The notes under the pieces are model-generated. The model worked only from the letters and a program-made list of their open reading frames with translations, was not told the origin of the DNA and did no database searches. A stretch of 38,200 nucleotides of DNA from an uncultured Candidatus Saccharibacteria bacterium. GTDB lineage: Bacteria > Patescibacteriota > Minisyncoccia > Minisyncoccales > CAYTKG01. Shown here one piece after another: positions 30,935 through 38,200 of the stretch (within the stretch, counting starts at the first letter, position 1; each line of letters begins with the position of its first letter). The translations under genes were made by a program, and so were the position numbers. The stretch is from assembly GCA_964501525.1 (NCBI GenBank), contig CAZCSI010000001.1:1-38200 (forward strand), in the 5' to 3' direction.

Positions 30935-33016
30935 ATGAGCTTAAGAAGTCCTGTTAAAAAAGTCTCCAACATCTCGCATGCTTATCAAAAAAAGCTGGGC
31001 CGGCTGGGAATTAAAACAATAGGCGGCCTGCTTTTTCATTTTCCGCACCGCTACGAAGACTGGTCGGAAACCGTTTTCATCAGTGAGCTGAAGCTGGGGC
31101 AGACAGCCTGCGTCAAAGGAAAGGTTAAGAAGATAGAAGGCTACAGAACTGCCAGAAAAAAGATAAACATCACCAAGGCTTTTATTAAAGACAAAACCGG
31201 CGTAACCCAAGCCCTATGGTTCAATCAACCCTACCTTAAAGAAACTCTCAAAACTGAAAGAGAAATCTGCTTTTGCGGAAAATTTGAGTTAGGGAAAGAA
31301 GGTCCTTTTCTTTCCAACCCTGTTTATGAAAAACTGAATAAGGGGCCGCAGATTCATACCGGTCGGCTGGTCCCCGTCTACCCGGAAACAGAAGGAGTCT
31401 CTTCACGCTGGCTCCGCTATATCCTCCACCCCCTTGTCCAAAAATATACCCCTAAAATGCCTGAAACCCTGCCTGGTTCAATAATAGAAGAAGAGGGGTT
31501 AATGGGCATGAAACAGGCCCTAAAGCAGATCCACTGGCCCGACTCTTTAGTCAAGGCCTCTGAGGCCCGGCACAGATTCTCTTTTGAAGAATTGTTTCTT
31601 CTGGAGCTTAAGGTGCTGGCAGAGAAAAAAAGAGTGGAGCATAAAAAAGCATTTCGAGTACCGATTGACAAAAAAATCACCGAAAAATTCATTAATTCCC
31701 TGCCCTTTAACCTTACGCAGGCGCAGCAGAGAAGCACCGAACAGATTCTTCAGGATATGCGGGAGGAGAGACCTATGTCGCGGCTGCTACAGGGAGACGT
31801 AGGAGCGGGAAAAACCATAGTTGCCGCTATAGCCGCGCTCAACGCGGTTGAGCAGGGATACCAGACGGCTCTGATGGCACCCACGGAAATCCTGGCCCAC
31901 CAACATTTCAGCGGTTTTTCCGATATCTTCAAAGAGTTTGACATTCCGATCTCCCTTTTAACCTCGACCTTCAGTCTCACAAGAAAAAAAGGGGAAAGGA
32001 TTGAACGCAGTAAAGAAAAAATCATCAAAAAGATAAGAGATGGAAACCCCGGGATCTTTGTCGGCACCCATGCCCTCATTCAGAAAAAGGTCAACTTTAA
32101 AAAGTTGGCTTTAGCCATTATCGACGAACAGCACCGATTTGGAGTTAAACAAAGAGCCGAGCTGAGAAACAAAGAGCCGGTTCCCCATCTTCTTAGTGTA
32201 ACCGCCACCCCTATTCCCCGCAGTCTGGCCCTGACTGCTTACGGAGACCTGGAGCTTTCCATTATCGATGAGCTGCCTGCCGGCAGAAAAGAAATAAAGA
32301 CCGAAGTGGTTTCTCCGGAACAAAGAGATGAGGTTTATAAGCTGGTGAAAAAAGAGATTCAGAAAGGGCGCCAGGCCTTTGTAATCTGTCCCCGTATCTC
32401 TTCCTCGGACAAAGAATCCGACTGGCAGGAGGTGAAAAATGCTGAACAAGAATACAAAAAATTATCCGGCAAGGTGTTTCCCGACCTTGAAATAGGGATG
32501 CTGCATGGACAGCTGGAACCAAAGCAAAAAGAAAGAATTATGAACCGCTTTAAAAAAGCTGAGATAGATGTTCTCGTTTCCACTTCGGTTGTGGAGGTAG
32601 GGGTGGACATACCCAACGCCACGGTAATGATTATCGAAGGGGCAGAAAGATTCGGCCTGGCTCAACTTCATCAATTCCGAGGACGGATAGGGAGGTCTGA
32701 ACACCAGGCCTACTGCTTTCTTTTTACCACCTCCCCTCAGGATACGGAAAAAAGACGGCTGCAGGCTATGGTAAAAACTAATGACGGCTTCGAACTGGCT
32801 CAAAAAGATCTCGAGATAAGGGGCCCCGGCGACTTCTTGGGAGGCCGTCAATCAGGTGTCCCGGACCTGGCCATGGCCTCTCTGCACAATACAAAGCTGG
32901 TTGAGAAAACAAGGAGCTGGGCGCAAAAAATACTGGAAAAATCGCCCGAGCTGCAAAAGTACCCCAACTTAAAAAAGCGCTTAAAGCGCTTTAAACAGGA
33001 GGTTCACCTGGAGTAA
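30935..33016 (+). CDS. recG: ATP-dependent DNA helicase RecG
   Basis: 693 aa. It has an N-terminal wedge/OB domain, LTQAQQRSTEQI, Walker A GDVGAGKT, DEQHRFG, SVTATPIPRS, and the TRG-type C-terminus QFRGRIGR...GPGDFLGGRQSG. Confidence 0.95.
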   Translation: MSLRSPVKKVSNISHAYQKKLGRLGIKTIGGLLFHFPHRYEDWSETVFISELKLGQTACVKGKVKKIEGYRTARKKINITKAFIKDKTGVTQALWFNQPYLKETLKTEREICFCGKFELGKEGPFLSNPVYEKLNKGPQIHTGRLVPVYPETEGVSSRWLRYILHPLVQKYTPKMPETLPGSIIEEEGLMGMKQALKQIHWPDSLVKASEARHRFSFEELFLLELKVLAEKKRVEHKKAFRVPIDKKITEKFINSLPFNLTQAQQRSTEQILQDMREERPMSRLLQGDVGAGKTIVAAIAALNAVEQGYQTALMAPTEILAHQHFSGFSDIFKEFDIPISLLTSTFSLTRKKGERIERSKEKIIKKIRDGNPGIFVGTHALIQKKVNFKKLALAIIDEQHRFGVKQRAELRNKEPVPHLLSVTATPIPRSLALTAYGDLELSIIDELPAGRKEIKTEVVSPEQRDEVYKLVKKEIQKGRQAFVICPRISSSDKESDWQEVKNAEQEYKKLSGKVFPDLEIGMLHGQLEPKQKERIMNRFKKAEIDVLVSTSVVEVGVDIPNATVMIIEGAERFGLAQLHQFRGRIGRSEHQAYCFLFTTSPQDTEKRRLQAMVKTNDGFELAQKDLEIRGPGDFLGGRQSGVPDLAMASLHNTKLVEKTRSWAQKILEKSPELQKYPNLKKRLKRFKQEVHLE

Positions 33017-34558
33017 TCAGGAACGCAGCTTGGGAGTAACCCAAAAACCCATATACTTGCCCAACATGTAACGGGTTTGAGCGTCAAAAGCAGGCAGAGA
33101 ACCAAAAACTAAAAGCTGAATGGGCACCAATGCCCAGCCCAAGATGAAAAAGATATATTTGCGAAAACCTTTTTGTTCAGGGCGAGGAGGAAGAAGGGTG
33201 GTGCTGACCCAAATGGAAGTCACAAGCCCCAGCATAGCGAAGGTCATTATCCTGCTCACCAGCTTAGGGGTTGTATAGCTCACAATAGACTGTGAAAACC
33301 ATCCCTGGCCGAAAATAATAGGCATCCAGCCCAGAGTAAAGATAAGAATAGAGGCCATGGACCAGTTCCAGTTGCCTACAATAAGCTCAACCCCCCGGCT
33401 TATTTTTTTCATTAAAGGAACCTCTTGATTTTTCAGGCTTCCGTACAAAAAATAGGCGGTATTTTCAGGATAAGCCCATCTTCTTTGCTGCTTATACACC
33501 TGTTTTAATGTCTGCCAAGGATTCTGGCCGATGTTGGCGTCCAGAGAAACGGGATAGTAAATAGGCTGGGTGCGGTAATCGCCGTTGTAACGAAAAAAGC
33601 ATTGCCAAAAAATCCTTGAGTCCTCGTTAACCATATTTCTCTGTTTAAAGCCTACATCAACCAGGGCCTTGAAACTCATAGAATGAGAGGAAAAGGTAAC
33701 CAGCTGGTTCGGTCTTTCCTGACAAATAATCTGCCAGAAAATTCCGGTAAAAGAAGCGGTCTGAGAAAAAAACGGAGCCTGCCAAATATTGTTATTATAA
33801 AGGGGAATGGGCTGGTACGAGGTCCTGGTCGGCTTGTCCGCAGTTAAATAATGATAAGCAACACAGCTAAAGTACTTGGGAAAAATCTGAGTGTCAATAT
33901 CAAAAGAAGAATAAATGATTTTTTCATAATCTAATCCGAGCCGGTCAACCACCTTTTCTTTTACTTTTTTAGAAGCCCAGGCATCATTAGCACCCTTGCC
34001 TTTCAGCTCCCCTACAATATCTCCGGGGTGAAAGGTGGTGAGAAGCTTGAAAAATTTGCCGCCATATTTTTCTTCCAAGACCCGGGCAACTTCTTTCCTG
34101 CTCTCCCCTGCTCTTTGTTCAAAGGCAAGCACCACTATTATCTTGTCCTTAGGGTATTCGCACTCAACCAAAGAATCCAGGCTTTCTTCAATCACCTCAA
34201 TCGGCTCTTTATAGTTGGGAAGAACCACAACATGGTAAATCTCTTTCCAGCTTTGAATGTCGATAGAATATTCTTTAAGCCCTTTAATCTCTGACAGCCA
34301 GTCCTGCTCCATACTGTCTTTCATTTTCTTAAACCCGGTATAGAGGTGAAAAGAATAATAGATGCTGAGCACCAGCCAGAAAACCACGAAAACAAGAAGA
34401 AAGTGAAGAATAAACACGGGAAACAGCCAAGAAAGAGCAATAACTAAAAAAATAGTGCCCCAGGAGAGAGCACCTTGAACTATTTCGAAAAAACGGTACA
34501 GCTGTCTTTCTTTTCCCTCCGGAAGATCTGTTGCTTTACCAACTCTAAGATAGTGCAT
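33017..34558 (-). CDS. Membrane-embedded family-2 glycosyltransferase, processive-synthase type (QxxRW)
   Basis: 513 aa. It has N-terminal TMs, LPNYKEP...YPKDKIIVVLAFEQR, GKGANDAW, an NEDSRIF (TED-like) motif, QQRRW (QxxRW) and C-terminal TMs. Confidence 0.7.
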   Translation of the reverse strand: MHYLRVGKATDLPEGKERQLYRFFEIVQGALSWGTIFLVIALSWLFPVFILHFLLVFVVFWLVLSIYYSFHLYTGFKKMKDSMEQDWLSEIKGLKEYSIDIQSWKEIYHVVVLPNYKEPIEVIEESLDSLVECEYPKDKIIVVLAFEQRAGESRKEVARVLEEKYGGKFFKLLTTFHPGDIVGELKGKGANDAWASKKVKEKVVDRLGLDYEKIIYSSFDIDTQIFPKYFSCVAYHYLTADKPTRTSYQPIPLYNNNIWQAPFFSQTASFTGIFWQIICQERPNQLVTFSSHSMSFKALVDVGFKQRNMVNEDSRIFWQCFFRYNGDYRTQPIYYPVSLDANIGQNPWQTLKQVYKQQRRWAYPENTAYFLYGSLKNQEVPLMKKISRGVELIVGNWNWSMASILIFTLGWMPIIFGQGWFSQSIVSYTTPKLVSRIMTFAMLGLVTSIWVSTTLLPPRPEQKGFRKYIFFILGWALVPIQLLVFGSLPAFDAQTRYMLGKYMGFWVTPKLRS

Positions 34559-34599
34559 AACCGATTAAATAGATAGAAGCGAAAGTACTTGTATTGGGG

Positions 34600-34674
34600 C
34601 GACCCCACCGGGATTTGAACCCGGGTTGCCAGGATGAAAACCTGGTGTCCTGAGCCAGACTAGACGATGGGGTC
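34600..34674 (-). tRNA. tRNA-Glu (anticodon UUC)
   Basis: The acceptor is GACCCCA/TGGGGTC, the anticodon stem CCAGG/CCTGG, the loop TTTTCAT, the T-arm CCGGG-TTCAAAT-CCCGG, and the discriminator G. CCA is not encoded. Confidence 0.9.
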
Positions 34675-34790
34675 TTTGTCCCTCCCTCTGTCATACAATA
34701 AAAACAAGAAATCACCAACAAAGGTTTACCGGAATTGCTAAAACTCCGTATATAGAATAATATAGGACAAACAACGAAGAATCAAGAACC

Positions 34791-35858
34791 ATGACTCAAA
34801 AATCAAAGATTAAAACTATATTAGCCGTTGAAACCTCCTGCGATGAAACAGGGGTTGCTGTTCTGAATAAAGAAAAGGGCGGGATAAAAATCTTAGCCAG
34901 TGAGCTGGCCTCACAAGCAAAACTTCATCAAAAATACGGCGGGGTTTATCCCAACATCGCCATCAGAGAACACAACAAGAACCTGCCTCTTTTACTAAAA
35001 AAGACGGCAGCGCGGGCCGGGAAAACAGAGCTGGATGCTGTAGCCGTAACCGTGGGCCCGGGACTGGAGCCCTGTTTGTGGGAGGGGGTCAACTTTGTTA
35101 AAGAAACAGCCAGAAAACAAAACCTGCCCGTTATTCCAGTCAACCATATGGAGGCGCACATTCTTATCAACCTTGTTAATAAAATAAGTAAGGATAAAAA
35201 GAGCTTGTTTCCGGCAATAGCATTACTTGTAAGCGGAGGCCATACCCAGCTCGTCCTGGTAAAATCCATAGGCGACTATGAGGTCCTGGGAGAAACCAGA
35301 GATGATGCAGCCGGCGAATGCTTTGACAAGTCAGCCCGCATCTTAGGATTGTCCTATCCCGGCGGACCCGAGATCGCTGCCCGCGCAGAACAATCCACCG
35401 CTTCCGAACCGCATCCGGTAATCGATCTTCCCAGACCGATGATAGACAGTCGTGATTATGATTTCTCCTTTTCCGGGCTCAAAACAGCTGTTCTTTATGA
35501 CTTCCGTTCCCGGTCTGCCGAAATCAAAGAGTCGGAGCAATATATCACAGCTATGTGTTATGAAATCGAACAAGCCATCACAGACGTGTTGGTAAAAAAG
35601 ACAATAAAAGCTGCCAAGGACTATCTGGTTAAAACAATTATTTTAGGCGGGGGGGTGGCCGCCAACAAAAAGCTAAGACAAGAAATTAGTAGAGAGGCAG
35701 AAAAAAAATTACCCGGCGTTAGTTGTCTTCTGCCCCCTACCCGGTTTGCTACGGACAACGCGGTCATGGTTGGAGCGGCCGCCTTCTTCAATCTGGAACA
35801 AGCAGCAGGCTGGCAAGAGATCAAAGTTAATGCTAATCTAAGACTGGACAGCGATTAA
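34791..35858 (+). CDS. tsaD: tRNA N6-adenosine threonylcarbamoyltransferase TsaD (Kae1/YgjD)
   Basis: 355 aa. It has ILAVETSCDETGVAV, VNHMEAHI, LLVSGGHTQL, DDAAGECFDK and GGGVAANKKLR. Confidence 0.95.
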   Translation: MTQKSKIKTILAVETSCDETGVAVLNKEKGGIKILASELASQAKLHQKYGGVYPNIAIREHNKNLPLLLKKTAARAGKTELDAVAVTVGPGLEPCLWEGVNFVKETARKQNLPVIPVNHMEAHILINLVNKISKDKKSLFPAIALLVSGGHTQLVLVKSIGDYEVLGETRDDAAGECFDKSARILGLSYPGGPEIAARAEQSTASEPHPVIDLPRPMIDSRDYDFSFSGLKTAVLYDFRSRSAEIKESEQYITAMCYEIEQAITDVLVKKTIKAAKDYLVKTIILGGGVAANKKLRQEISREAEKKLPGVSCLLPPTRFATDNAVMVGAAAFFNLEQAAGWQEIKVNANLRLDSD

Positions 35859-35887
35859 AAACCTATTCTTTTAACCGCCATCGCTTT

Positions 35888-36598
35888 ATGATTCGAGTCA
35901 TTTATATTCTTCTAGGTATCGCACCCAGCTTGGTCTGGCTTGTTTATTATCTGAACAAGGATGCCGACCCTGAACCTAAGAAATCGATTTTAAAAATTTA
36001 CATGGGAGGGGCCCTGTCCGCCGCCTTGGCCGGTATCCTAGAAACCATACTTATTAGAAACTGGGAAGGATACTACAGCGCCGGAATTTATCCTTCCGCC
36101 CTCTTCTTCGTTGCCATTGCCTTTATTGAAGAGTTTGCAAAATATCTGCCTGTAAGGCTGGAGCAATGGAACAATATGGAGGTTGACGAACCGTTTGATG
36201 TCGCAGCCTATATGATAACCTCAGCTATGGGGTTCGCAGCCCTGGAAAATATTTTCCTTTTCTTCACCAAAAGATTAAGATTTATGGAGATCTTTTTTGT
36301 CTCCAGCTTCCGTTTTGTAGGAGCCACCTTTTTACACGCTCTCTGCTCCGGACTGCTCGGCTACTTTATCGCTCTTTCTTTTTATCACAGAAAAACTAAA
36401 AAAAGTTTAAAAGCCCGTTTCCTGGTCGTCTCTGGATTCATAGCAGCCACCCTGTTGCACGCTTTATACAATTTCTCTATAATAAAAGTAGCCAATCAAC
36501 TGAGAATTCTGTTTCCCCTGGTTCTCGTTGGAATTTCCGCCCTTATTCTTTCCCTTTCCTTAAAACATCTCCAAAAATTAAAAAGCATTTGTAAATAA
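35888..36598 (+). CDS. PrsW-family intramembrane metalloprotease
   Basis: 236 aa and polytopic. It has the EEFAKY (EExxK) motif and HALCSG / HALYN histidine motifs. Confidence 0.7.
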   Translation: MIRVIYILLGIAPSLVWLVYYLNKDADPEPKKSILKIYMGGALSAALAGILETILIRNWEGYYSAGIYPSALFFVAIAFIEEFAKYLPVRLEQWNNMEVDEPFDVAAYMITSAMGFAALENIFLFFTKRLRFMEIFFVSSFRFVGATFLHALCSGLLGYFIALSFYHRKTKKSLKARFLVVSGFIAATLLHALYNFSIIKVANQLRILFPLVLVGISALILSLSLKHLQKLKSICK

Positions 36599-36610
36599 TT
36601 ACTGCGTAAT

Positions 36611-36994
36611 ATGATGAAAAAAAACGAAGAAGAGATAGAGGTTAAAAAAGAAGGCTGGTTTGAGCCGGAGGGTGAGCTGGTGGTTGATGTTTGGGAAAAT
36701 GAAGAAGAAATAGTGATTCAGGCGCCCGTAGCAGGCGTAGAGAATGATGATATAGAGATTATAATCGAAGGTGATGTTTTGAAAATAAAAGGAGAAAGAC
36801 CCAACACAACCGAAGTAAAAGAAGAAAATTATCTTTTAAAAGAATGTTACTGGGGTTCTTTCGGTAGAGAGATCAGTCTGCCGGAAAGCATTAAGAAAGA
36901 GGATGTCAAGGCCAGCGTGGAAAAGGGAATTTTAACCATCAAGCTGCCCAAAAAAGAACAGGAACAGGAGGGAAAGAAAATAGAAATAGAATAA
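36611..36994 (+). CDS. Small heat-shock protein (Hsp20/alpha-crystallin)
   Basis: 127 aa. It has VVDVWENEEEIVIQAPVAGVENDDIEIIIEGDVLKIKGER...FGREISLPESI...VEKGILTIKLPK. Confidence 0.9.
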   Translation: MMKKNEEEIEVKKEGWFEPEGELVVDVWENEEEIVIQAPVAGVENDDIEIIIEGDVLKIKGERPNTTEVKEENYLLKECYWGSFGREISLPESIKKEDVKASVEKGILTIKLPKKEQEQEGKKIEIE

Positions 36995-37110
36995 AATTTG
37001 TGCAATACCTGATTAATGGCTTTCCGAACCCAAGTGAGGAAAACATCCAAGGTTCTTGAGCGTCAGCGAAAGGTTCTTCTATTGCACAGCTGCCCGCCAA
37101 CTAATCAACC

Positions 37111-37135
37111 AAAAAACCGCCAACCGGCGGTTTTT
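37111..37135. terminator. Bidirectional Rho-independent terminator (hsp20 on +, tRNA-Leu on -)
   Basis: An A-run precedes the 7-bp stem AACCGCC (37115-37121) / GGCGGTT (37126-37132), with a 4-nt loop and a T-run at 37131-37135. Confidence 0.6.
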
Positions 37136-37183
37136 GCATATAAAACAAATCTTATCTGCAAGCGCTTTAATTCTCTCTGGTTA

Positions 37184-37265
37184 TGCCTTGGGAGAGATTC
37201 GAACTCTCACGGGTTTCCCCATTGGGTCCTAAACCCAACGCGTCTGCCAGTTCCGCCACCAAGGC
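37184..37265 (-). tRNA. tRNA-Leu (anticodon UAG)
   Basis: The acceptor is GCCTTGG/CCAAGGC, the anticodon stem TTGGG/CCCAA, the loop TTTAGGA, the T-arm GAGAG-TTCGAAT-CTCTC, and the discriminator A. A long variable arm (GGG-GAAA-CCC) is present. CCA is not encoded. Confidence 0.9.
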
Positions 37266-37317
37266 GTAAGTTGTCTTTGATCAACTCTTCAGCATAAGAG
37301 CTTCAGTAAAAAGGCGG

Positions 37318-37344
37318 GCTCAGCCCGCCTTTTTACCATACGCA
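37318..37344. terminator. Bidirectional Rho-independent terminator after the small pilin-like gene
   Basis: AAAAA-GGCGGGC-TCA-GCCCGCC-TTTTT: a 7-bp GC stem with a 3-nt loop and A/T runs on both sides. Confidence 0.7.
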
Positions 37345-37366
37345 CCCCTTTACTTCCCTTTTTAGT

Positions 37367-37801
37367 TTACCCGGGGGCGCCAGCAACATATTTCACAATT
37401 GCCGGAACCGCTCTTGCCAGCAGGGCTAAAGCCAGACCAATAGCCGCAAACATGATGAAGTTTTTGCCCTTGCTTATCTTTTCATCACTGCCTGCCGCAG
37501 TCAGGATCTGAAAGGCACCAAGCAGAACAAATATGATGGTCAAGGCAATCAGAAAGGTAAAAACCCAGTTGACTGCGTAGTTTATCGTACCCAGCAGACA
37601 GCAGATGCCGCAGATGTCACCGTCGTCGACATAAGAACAGGTACCCGTTTCAGTACCGCCAAGCGCAGCATCACAAGCATCTACACCCGTAGGAGCTCTT
37701 ACGTAACAACTATCTGGAAGCTCCTCTTGAGCAAAAACAGGCAAAGAAACTGCCATCAACATCAAGCCGACAAATACTGTCTTTAATAAGTTTTTTGACA
37801 T
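37367..37801 (-). CDS. TrbC/VirB2-like (type IV secretion-type) small pilin-family membrane protein
   Basis: 144 aa. It has a signal peptide (VSLPVFAQE), a Cys-rich segment, then two hydrophobic helices separated by TAAGSDEKISKGK. This architecture matches the T4SS-pilin-like small proteins common in CPR genomes, as I recall them. Confidence 0.5.
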   Translation of the reverse strand: MSKNLLKTVFVGLMLMAVSLPVFAQEELPDSCYVRAPTGVDACDAALGGTETGTCSYVDDGDICGICCLLGTINYAVNWVFTFLIALTIIFVLLGAFQILTAAGSDEKISKGKNFIMFAAIGLALALLARAVPAIVKYVAGAPG

Positions 37802-38004
37802 AATTTTTATTTCACTTTTACTCCGTTTTAACGTGAATATGTCACCGGAGTATATTTTAAGCGACCTTTAAACAATGACCTTTTAATTCATTAAGTCTAA
37901 CACAATAGTTTTCAACTGTAAACAACCAAACTGTGCAATATTGCTGACATCCGCATTCACCCGATTTATCCGCCTAACAACTCTACCCAACAACTACTTT
38001 GTTT

Positions 38005-38200
38005 TCACATTGGCACTGGCTCGTCCGGTGGCGGAATTGGCACTGGGTCGCCTGGGTCGCCTGGGTCGCCCGGCGGTAACGGATCAGGCGGTAACGGATC
38101 AGGCGGTAACGGATCAGGCTCTGGCACTGGCCCTGGCACTGGCTCAGGCTCGGGCTCACTAGGCACTGGCCCTGGCCCTGGCCCTGATTCTGATGAAGAC
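38005..38200 (-). CDS. 3' end of a gene entering from the right edge, with a proline-rich repetitive C-terminus
   Basis: My own translation of the minus strand is open from the window edge: ...SSSESGPGPGPVPSEPEPEPVPGPVPEPDPLPPDPLPPDPLPPGDPGDPGDPVPIPPPDEPVPM*. The stop TGA is at 38005-38007. I prefer it to the plus-strand 73-aa ORF, but neither is proven. Confidence 0.4.
   Translation of the reverse strand, partial: SSSESGPGPGPVPSEPEPEPVPGPVPEPDPLPPDPLPPDPLPPGDPGDPGDPVPIPPPDEPVPM
38043..38116. repeat. Tandem 9-bp x3 and 15-bp x3 repeats
   Basis: CTGGGTCGC x3 spans 38043-38069. GGCGGTAACGGATCA x3 spans 38072-38116. All copies are perfect. Confidence 0.9.

Noticed and set aside
37941-38162. 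Plus-strand 73-aa ORF (…AVTDQAVTDQAVTDQALALALALAQARAH) from the ORF track
   Set aside because: It exists only because the tandem 9/15-bp repeats keep several frames open, and it has no recognisable start context. The minus-strand frame is open to the window edge and gives a biologically more typical Pro-rich tail. Neither frame is proven.
838-38200. Antisense and nested ORFs of 60-130 aa inside ileS, polX, ligA, pilB, pilC, pilT, recG and others, and the possibility of an alternative genetic code
   Set aside because: All are embedded in long ORFs with clear family signatures on the opposite strand or in another frame, and they have low-complexity or biased composition. Long ORFs terminate at TGA, TAA and TAG under the standard code, so there is no sign of stop-codon reassignment.

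Overview
This is a compact, mostly housekeeping window from a small-genome bacterium. The lineage looks Patescibacteria/CPR-like, but that is an inference from gene content (many Cys-rich pilins, a TrbC/VirB2-type small pilin, almost no Shine-Dalgarno sequences), not from a marker gene. The code is standard: TGA is used as a stop, for example in ileS.

Gene order, left to right:
- recO (partial), a metallophosphoesterase and ileS on the minus strand.
- smpB, tmRNA, infC, rpmI and rplT tightly packed on the plus strand.
- A minus-strand co-directional block of about 18.7 kb (6054-24807): a DUF2177 membrane protein, an orphan pseudopilin, PolX, a UPF0104 membrane protein, a SEDS protein (FtsW/RodA), ligA, and a complete secretin-less type IV pilus locus.
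- The pilus locus holds 4 minor pilins, pilD, 2 tandem major-pilin paralogs, pilC, pilT, a REC-only response regulator, pilB, an acidic-tail TM protein, and pilO-, pilN- and pilM-like genes. comFC is divergent from pilM.
- Two membrane proteins of unknown function, then three tRNAs (Ser-UGA, Arg-GCG, Ser-GCU).
- An atypical, largely non-coding stretch (28456-29829) with one Zn-ribbon ORF, inverted repeats, a long hairpin and a promoter-plus-terminator leader.
- A PHP phosphoesterase, recG, a processive-type GT2 synthase, tRNA-Glu, tsaD, a PrsW-type protease, hsp20, tRNA-Leu, a TrbC/VirB2-like small pilin, and the Pro-rich repetitive 3' end of a gene entering from the right edge.

I see no CRISPR array, rRNA, transposase, integrase or recognisable defence system, and no clearly new multi-gene system.

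The most interesting items:
- The tRNA-adjacent cassette and structured-RNA region at 28.4-29.8 kb.
- A recurrent TGTGCAATA palindromic element found only in the intergenic DNA I checked.
- Tandem 24-bp and 26-bp arrays at the pilN/pilO and ligA/rodA junctions.
- A tmRNA gene that starts inside smpB and is followed 10 nt later by an apparently AUU-initiated infC.
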